Below, piece by piece: positions 57,969 to 64,000 of a stretch of DNA of 64,000 bases. Positions within the stretch are counted from its first letter, which is position 1; the number at the start of each line of letters is the position of its first letter. Under the pieces are notes generated by a model that had not been told where the DNA came from, ran no database searches, and saw only the letters and a program-made list of their open reading frames with translations. Source of the DNA: a virus; IMG/VR virus record IMGVR_UViG_3300021962_000027. One strand, given 5' to 3'. A program made the position numbers and the translations under genes.

Positions 57969-60900
57969 ATGGCAAACAAAGTTTATGCATCTCCAGGTGT
58001 TTACACAACAGAAAAAGATTTAACTTTCACTACTGAAACAGTGGGTGTTACTACTTTAGGTGTTGTTGGTGAAACCGTAAAAGGTCCAGCATTCCAACCA
58101 ATTTTCATCAGAAACTTCGATGAGTTTAAAACGACATTTGGTGGGACAAATCCAGAAAAATTTAAAAATACACAAATTGTTAAGTATGAATTACCATACA
58201 TCGCAAAACAGTATTTAACACAATCAAATCAATTGTACGTAACTAGACTACTAGGTTTATCAGGATATGAAGCTGGTATGGCTTGGACTGTTAAAACTTT
58301 AGGTGCATGCGATGAATCAACATTATCACATACTGGTATTACTCAGACTCAAATTGAGTTTCGTTTTAATACAGCAACAAATTCATTTTATGTTGTTGAT
58401 CCAGGTGGAAACATTGACTTGATTGATTACATTTCAAGTTTAACTGGTGTTAATACAACTGAATTTGATTCAGTTTTTAACACATATTTCACTACAATCG
58501 GTGGATATACAGGTGCTAATTTTTATGATAAAAAACATGCAATGTATTGGGGTCTATTGACTAACGATCTACAAAATGAGATGGATACTGATATCGCACC
58601 TATTAATGTATACGATGCGACTTATGTTGATGCTTATGAATTACCTAATACGGTACCTGCACAAGATAGAGACGCTTATGTGTTAAATAATGAATTGGTT
58701 TATAACCCTATTACTCAAACATATAGCGGGCCTAGTTTTGGTTTATTTTGTCACACATTTAGTTCAGCTGGCGCTAGTACCATTAAAGGTAAATTAGAGT
58801 TATACACAATGACTTTAAATTGTGATCCATATACTGAAGGACATAATAAAACAATTGCTACTATTAGAAGTAGAGGTAATTATGTTTCTGATGTGTTAAA
58901 ATACAAAGTTAATACTTTGGATATGATCGCACCAATAGGTTTAGATAGTAACCCTTATTTAGCTTTTGAGTTAACGGGGACAACAGCTAACCCATCTGGT
59001 GGTACGTTCTCTTATACTGTTTCTTTGAAAGAGGGTAATGCTAACTATATTAAAAATGTAATTGGTACAACACCAGCAAACAAAGATTCTTTAATCTATG
59101 TTGAGGAAGTATATGATAACTCATTAAAAATGGGTTGGTTAGAAGGTAAGATTAAAGGTTTATACACAGAATTAACTTCTGTTAATGAATGGGATCATTA
59201 TAAATTCCAATATCAATCACCTGTTACACCATTTATTGTTTCAGAATTAAGAGGTGGTTTACCACAAAGGTTATTTAGGTTTATATCTATATCTGATGGT
59301 ACAACAGCAAACTTTGAAATTAAAGCATCTATCGCAAATGTTGATTTATCTAAAAAGACATTTGATATTTATGTAAGATCATTCAATGATACTGATAAAA
59401 CACCTGTTTTATTAGAGAGATTCACTGATTGTACAATGAATGAAAGTTTAGATAACTACGTTGGTAGAAAAATCGGTACTATCGATAATAAATACCCATT
59501 GAAGAGTAGTTATATCGTCCTTGATTTAGCTAATAACGCACCGATGGATGGCGTACCTGCTGGTTTCGAAGGTTATGAGTTCAGAACTAATAATGAAGTT
59601 AATTATACAGCAACATTAGTACCTGAAATGCCATACAAATTGAAGTATTATGCCCCAGGTGATACAATTTATAACCCACCTTTCGGTAATGCTGTTATCT
59701 CTAGTGGTGATAGAATCCCTAAAAATTATTTAGGTTTCTCAAGTCAATTTGGATTTGATAAAGATTTATTACTGTTCAAAGGTAAAGTTAGTATCTTAGG
59801 TGATAACGCATATAATATTGGTGATGATTACACAACAAAAACTAAAGGTTTCCACATGGATATCAACGCACAATCAATTGTTGATTCTGTAACTGGTGAA
59901 CAAGTTTTTGCAACTGGTGTAGCTTCATTTAACGATGCAACAACTGTTGACGGTACAGTTTCTCACCCATACAATAACATGAGAACAAGAAAATTCACAG
60001 TATTATTCTCAGGTGGTTTTGATGGTTGGGATGAATACAGAGTTAACAGAACAAACACAGATGAATATAAAATCGGTAGAACTGGTTTCGTAGCTGGACA
60101 ATTTGATACATTCACAAATGTTGAATACGCTGAATTGTTTGGTACTTCTGACTACTATGCAACAATGTATGGTATCAGAACATTCCAAAATCCTGAAGAA
60201 ATCGCTATTAACATCTTAGCAACACCTGGTATTGACATGTTAAACAATACTGACTTGGTTAGAGATGCAATTGAAGTGGTTGAAGAGAAGAGATTGGATG
60301 CAATTTATTTACCAACATTACCTGATATTAAATTATTAAATAATAATAACCCTTCAGATACTGAAAGTTGGTACTATGCTGAGGATATCGTTAGCGAATT
60401 AGAGAATACTGATATTGATTCTAATTACACTGCGGTATATTACCCATGGATCCAAATTACAGATACAGACAATAACGCAAACTTGTATATCCCACCTACT
60501 GCTGAAGTAGTAAGAAATATGGCTTATACTGATAACGTAGCGTTCCCTTGGTTTGCAACTGCTGGTTACAATAGAGGTTTAGTTAAATGTAATAGAGCAC
60601 GTATTGTTCTTGACCAAGAGGCTAGAGATGTATTATATCCAGGTAGAATCAACCCATTGGCTACTTATTCAGATGTTGGAGTTGTTATCTGGGGTAATAG
60701 AAACTTACAAGTTAAATCAAGTGCTCTTGATAGATTGAACATCAGAAGATTGTTGTTACAAGCAAGAAGATTGATTATGAGTGTGTCTAAAAGATTGTTA
60801 TTCGATCCAAACGATACCACAGTTAGAAATCAATTCTTGTCTTTGGTTAACCCAATCTTAGATAACATCAGAAAAGAAAGAGGTTTAACAGACTTTAGAG

Positions 60901-61040
60901 TAAGTGTCGCTATGGACGTTGAAGATAATGATAGAAATACCTTAAGAGGTAAAATATTTATCAAACCAACTCCAACATTAGAGTTCATTGAACTTGAGTT
61001 CACAGTTACACCACAAAACGTTTCTTTCGATAACATTTAA
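57969..61040 (+). CDS. Contractile tail sheath protein (gp18-like)
   Basis: SPGVYTTEKD, YYPWI, PWFATAGYNRG, INP...IWG.R.LQ..SALDRLNIRRL and KPT..LEFI motifs. Confidence 0.96.
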   Translation: MANKVYASPGVYTTEKDLTFTTETVGVTTLGVVGETVKGPAFQPIFIRNFDEFKTTFGGTNPEKFKNTQIVKYELPYIAKQYLTQSNQLYVTRLLGLSGYEAGMAWTVKTLGACDESTLSHTGITQTQIEFRFNTATNSFYVVDPGGNIDLIDYISSLTGVNTTEFDSVFNTYFTTIGGYTGANFYDKKHAMYWGLLTNDLQNEMDTDIAPINVYDATYVDAYELPNTVPAQDRDAYVLNNELVYNPITQTYSGPSFGLFCHTFSSAGASTIKGKLELYTMTLNCDPYTEGHNKTIATIRSRGNYVSDVLKYKVNTLDMIAPIGLDSNPYLAFELTGTTANPSGGTFSYTVSLKEGNANYIKNVIGTTPANKDSLIYVEEVYDNSLKMGWLEGKIKGLYTELTSVNEWDHYKFQYQSPVTPFIVSELRGGLPQRLFRFISISDGTTANFEIKASIANVDLSKKTFDIYVRSFNDTDKTPVLLERFTDCTMNESLDNYVGRKIGTIDNKYPLKSSYIVLDLANNAPMDGVPAGFEGYEFRTNNEVNYTATLVPEMPYKLKYYAPGDTIYNPPFGNAVISSGDRIPKNYLGFSSQFGFDKDLLLFKGKVSILGDNAYNIGDDYTTKTKGFHMDINAQSIVDSVTGEQVFATGVASFNDATTVDGTVSHPYNNMRTRKFTVLFSGGFDGWDEYRVNRTNTDEYKIGRTGFVAGQFDTFTNVEYAELFGTSDYYATMYGIRTFQNPEEIAINILATPGIDMLNNTDLVRDAIEVVEEKRLDAIYLPTLPDIKLLNNNNPSDTESWYYAEDIVSELENTDIDSNYTAVYYPWIQITDTDNNANLYIPPTAEVVRNMAYTDNVAFPWFATAGYNRGLVKCNRARIVLDQEARDVLYPGRINPLATYSDVGVVIWGNRNLQVKSSALDRLNIRRLLLQARRLIMSVSKRLLFDPNDTTVRNQFLSLVNPILDNIRKERGLTDFRVSVAMDVEDNDRNTLRGKIFIKPTPTLEFIELEFTVTPQNVSFDNI

Positions 61041-61047
61041 TAAATCT

Positions 61048-61078
61048 TGGGGGTATTTAATAGTACCCCCATATTTTT
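61048..61078 (+). terminator. Hairpin/terminator after the sheath gene
   Basis: TGGGGGTA...TACCCCCA followed by a T tract. Confidence 0.7.
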
Positions 61079-61119
61079 ATCATAGACGTTTTACCATGTA
61101 TGGTTTATTGACTACGGTA

Positions 61120-61240
61120 AAAAGAAAGTAACAAAGAAAAATATATATAATAGTACCATTTATAAGTACATATATATATAATATAATAATAATAATGTAT
61201 ATATAGTACTATATAATATAATAATAAAATAGTACCTCTC
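61120..61240. other. Extremely AT-rich non-coding tract with repeated AGTAC; possible replication origin
   Basis: (TA)n and TAA runs, about four AGTAC copies, AAAAGAAAGTAACAAAGAAAA purine tract. Confidence 0.35.
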
Positions 61241-61376
61241 GTTAAGACCCTTAACAAAAATAAGTATAAAAAGGCCAAAAGTCAAGTATTTTGAAATATT
61301 TTTTTAAAAAGGTGTACAAAACGAAAAACAAAGATATTTATTAAAAAGAATAAAACAAAACTAAATAAATAACAAT

Positions 61377-61865
61377 ATGGCTAACTTACTAATGAAAATG
61401 CCTGTTCCTTACGAACCAAAGAAAAAGAATAGGTTTATCTTGAGATTCCCAAGTTCACTAGGTATCAACGAATGGTTTGTGATTTCAACATCAAGACCTA
61501 AAGTAACAATAAATGAAGTTGAGATTCCTTTCTTGAATACATCAACGTATGTTGCTGGTAGATTCAACTGGGAGTCAATTGACGTTACGTTCAAAGATCC
61601 TATCGGACCTTCAGCTGCTCAAGCGTTAATGGAATGGGTTCGTCTACACGCTGAATCCGTAACAGGACGTATGGGTTATGCCGCTGGTTATAAAAAAGAT
61701 ATTGAATTGGAAATGTTAGATCCGACAGGTGTTGTTGTTGAGAAATGGATTCTTCAAGGAACCTTCTTAACCAATGTCGACTTTGGATCATTAGAATACA
61801 GTGATGACGAAATCGCAGATATCTCCGCTACATTAAGAATGGACCGTTGTATCTTGGTTTACTAA
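61377..61865 (+). CDS. Tail tube protein (gp19-like)
   Basis: EPK..NRF, YVAGR..WE.I..TF.DPI, GYAAGYKK...L..LDP.G.V.E.W.L.G motifs; follows the sheath. Confidence 0.9.
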   Translation: MANLLMKMPVPYEPKKKNRFILRFPSSLGINEWFVISTSRPKVTINEVEIPFLNTSTYVAGRFNWESIDVTFKDPIGPSAAQALMEWVRLHAESVTGRMGYAAGYKKDIELEMLDPTGVVVEKWILQGTFLTNVDFGSLEYSDDEIADISATLRMDRCILVY

Positions 61866-61885
61866 GAGAGATTGCACAAGATTAC

Positions 61886-61915
61886 AAGAGGGGACGCTAT
61901 GCGACCCCTTTTTTG
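61886..61915. terminator. Terminator between the tail tube and the convergent endonuclease
   Basis: AGGGG-acgctatgcga-CCCCT followed by a T tract. Confidence 0.7.
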
Positions 61916-61918
61916 TTT

Positions 61919-62320
61919 TTACCCGTTTAGTAATTTACTATGTTTCCCGACAAACGTATTAATCTTCTCTGTTAAAACTTTTGTTTCTAACATCTCATGC
62001 TCCCAAATCACTAACAAGGTGTATGAGGGATCGAATTTAACAAGTTTAACCTTGTACTGGTCATTCTTAAGATTTGCTCTCTGGAAGGCGTATTTGGGCT
62101 CTGGGTTATGTTTTTTACAGCAATGATAGAAACACCCATGAGTCTCAACTAAAATACTGTGATCATTTAACAAAAAATCAAACTCCCTTTTCCTAAAAAC
62201 AAAATGTTGTTCAAACTTAATATTCATTTCCCTCAATAATTCAGCGAACATAACCTCAAGGTTTGAGGTACCATTCATTTTTTTTAACATTTTCCTTGTT
62301 TTACCTTTCTTTTTTGCCAT
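61919..62320 (-). CDS. Vsr/DUF559-like PD-(D/E)xK endonuclease
   Basis: FDFLL...VETHGCFYH...ND..K...LLVIWEHE. Confidence 0.8.
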   Translation of the reverse strand: MAKKKGKTRKMLKKMNGTSNLEVMFAELLREMNIKFEQHFVFRKREFDFLLNDHSILVETHGCFYHCCKKHNPEPKYAFQRANLKNDQYKVKLVKFDPSYTLLVIWEHEMLETKVLTEKINTFVGKHSKLLNG

Positions 62321-62438
62321 ACATTCGTATTATTACTTAGATAAGTACCGTCAAATTACGGGTAAACAGTAAATTTTAAAAAAAATACCGTTTACACTAT
62401 TTAATAATATACTATAATTAATTAAAAAAGAAACGAAT

Positions 62439-63197
62439 ATGGATAATTCACAACAAGTTTACTTTGAACCAGCACATGACGTAATTAGTTTACCGTCTGG
62501 TGGAAGATTCTACAAGAATAAAAAAGATTCAGTTAAAGTTGCCTATATGACAGCTTCTGATGAAAACATCTTAACTTCACCAAACCTACTTCAAAGTGGT
62601 AAAGTTCTTGATGTGTTATTAGAAAAGAAAATTTTAGATAAAGATATCAAAGCTGGTCAATTATTACCAGGTGATAGAAACGCTATTATTTTCTTCTTAA
62701 GAGCAACAGGTTATGGCGAAATGTATCCTGTGGAGTTATCAGACCCTAAAACAGGTGAGAGATTTGTCACTGATATCGATATTAGCCAGTTACCAACAAA
62801 AGAAATTTCAATACAACCAGATGAAAACGGTGAGTGTTCTTTTGTTTTACCAAAATGTAAAAAAACCGTTAAATTCAAATACTTAACAGCTGAAGAGGAT
62901 GAGAAGTTAGTTAAAGAAGATTCTGTTAGAACTAAAAAACTCGGTTCAAACGCTATTAGCCAGATCATGACCCTTAGATTACAAAATCAAATTACAGAGG
63001 TTGATGGTATTACCGATAAAAATGCAATTATTCAATTTGTTGAATCAATGTCACCAATGGACTCTGCCGAATTTAGAAAACACTTATTCGACAACGAACC
63101 AGGTCTTGACTTAACGATTAATGTAGAAGCTCCTAGTGGGGAATTTTTTTTTGGTGAACTTCCTATTACAGCCAAATTTCTTTGGCCTTACGTCTGA
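62439..63197 (+). CDS. Baseplate hub/tail assembly protein (gp26-like)
   Basis: LPSGG.FY, YMTA.DENILTS, GDRNAI...LR...YG and PG.DL...F.WP motifs. Confidence 0.75.
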   Translation: MDNSQQVYFEPAHDVISLPSGGRFYKNKKDSVKVAYMTASDENILTSPNLLQSGKVLDVLLEKKILDKDIKAGQLLPGDRNAIIFFLRATGYGEMYPVELSDPKTGERFVTDIDISQLPTKEISIQPDENGECSFVLPKCKKTVKFKYLTAEEDEKLVKEDSVRTKKLGSNAISQIMTLRLQNQITEVDGITDKNAIIQFVESMSPMDSAEFRKHLFDNEPGLDLTINVEAPSGEFFFGELPITAKFLWPYV

Positions 63198-63384
63198 TTA
63201 TAGACAGCAAATGATGTATGAATCATACATCTTAGTAAAACATGCGAATTTTACTTATGCTGATGTAATTGGGATGCCAATCTTTGAAAGAAGAAAGTTT
63301 ATTGAGATATTGATGGAAGAGAATACTAAAATCAAAGAAGCTAGAGATAGAGAGATGCAAAAAGCTAAATCTAAAAGAGGATAA
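63177..63384 (+). CDS. gp51-like small baseplate/tail chaperone ORF in the +1 frame (own ATG at 63211, or frameshift extension)
   Basis: FFGLTSDYR...Y.LVKHANFTYADV..MPIFER..F...L. Confidence 0.6.
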
Positions 63385-63386
63385 AA

Positions 63387-63413
63387 GAAACCCACTATAA
63401 AGGTGGGTTTTTT
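63387..63413 (+). terminator. Intrinsic terminator
   Basis: AAACCCAC-tataaag-GTGGGTTT followed by a T tract. Confidence 0.8.
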
Positions 63414-63445
63414 GTTTTACTAGATATTTATTAATAAAAACATTT

Positions 63446-64000
63446 ATGAAAAAATATGTTATAACAGAAGCGCAACTTAAAACCATTGTTGAGAAGTATG
63501 AACCAATACCTAAAGATGTGGTTAAATCAGCACCAATGACATTTCAAAATTTTATAAAAGCTATTAAAATGGAGAAAGATGGTGGTCAGACGGACAAAAG
63601 TGATTTAAAAAGTTTTGTTAGTGCTAAGATGGCTGGTTCTAGAGCTGAAAAATACTTGGATAAAACCGATGACGCTTTAGCTAAGATAGTTGGTGATCAT
63701 GGTAGTATTAAGGGTTATAGTCTTGTTAATGACGACCCTGTTTTGGGTGATGCTGAGGATTTATCAATAATCGTGATATCGTTAGTTTATTACTTCTATA
63801 AAGAAGGTCAGTTACCTAACTTTAAAATTAAAGATGTTCGAATGGATCTTGATAGAAATTATAACATAATTAAAACTAAAGGTCTTAATGATTTTAAAAC
63901 ATTATTGAGATCTAGATTTGAATCAGACTGGATTGTATCTGAAATGCCTAATAACGAAAATGAAGCTTTGATAAGCACACCAACTGGATCTATTCAAGTA
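63446..64000 (+). CDS. Hypothetical protein, 3'-truncated (not in the ORF track)
   Basis: MKKYVITEAQLKTIVE..., open to the window end; TATTTAT at 63425-63431. Confidence 0.75.
   Translation, partial: MKKYVITEAQLKTIVEKYEPIPKDVVKSAPMTFQNFIKAIKMEKDGGQTDKSDLKSFVSAKMAGSRAEKYLDKTDDALAKIVGDHGSIKGYSLVNDDPVLGDAEDLSIIVISLVYYFYKEGQLPNFKIKDVRMDLDRNYNIIKTKGLNDFKTLLRSRFESDWIVSEMPNNENEALISTPTGSIQV

Noticed and set aside
1-64000. Alternative genetic code (stop-codon reassignment)
   Set aside because: Conserved genes are full length in code 11, and TAG (7046) and TGA (32609) are used as genuine stops.
1-64000. tRNA, rRNA, CRISPR array, integrase/IS or DGR
   Set aside because: None recognised by eye. Intergenic gaps are short, and no cloverleaf, reverse transcriptase or transposase motif was seen. 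A tRNAscan/Infernal run would be needed for certainty.

Overview
A 64-kb, AT-rich segment of a large myovirus with T4-like (gp13-gp26-type) morphogenesis genes. It uses the standard genetic code. A Bacteroidota host is likely, based on TAnnTTTG promoters, A-rich leaders without Shine-Dalgarno sequences and a DUF4494-like gene. From left to right: (1) the 3' part of a very large Gly-X-Y Ser/Thr/Asn-rich tail fibre with a C-terminal S74 chaperone; (2) a peptidase and a GH73 muramidase; (3) glycosylation operon A, with an Aah/TibC-type protein O-heptosyltransferase, a carbamoyltransferase, a GT4 and a three-domain GT; (4) the head module (MCP, scaffold, prohead protease, portal, terminase); (5) baseplate and hypothetical genes and a gp55-like late sigma factor; (6) glycosylation cluster B, containing a nonulosonic (sialic acid/KDN-like) cassette of HAD phosphatase, NeuB, NeuA, a GT29 sialyltransferase, a Maf-like transferase and FkbM, plus phoH and dut; (7) a family-B DNA polymerase with a ~125-aa macrodomain-like insertion inside its exonuclease domain; (8) neck genes, an SNF2 helicase, tail sheath, tail tube and a gp26/gp51-like pair that may be joined by a +1 frameshift. 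The two best candidates for undescribed biology are a phage-encoded virion glycosylation/sialylation system, with plausible Ser/Thr-Gly acceptor tracts in structural proteins, and a polymerase-tethered macrodomain that could remove DNA ADP-ribosylation (anti-DarTG). All family assignments are from motif recognition by eye; no searches were run.
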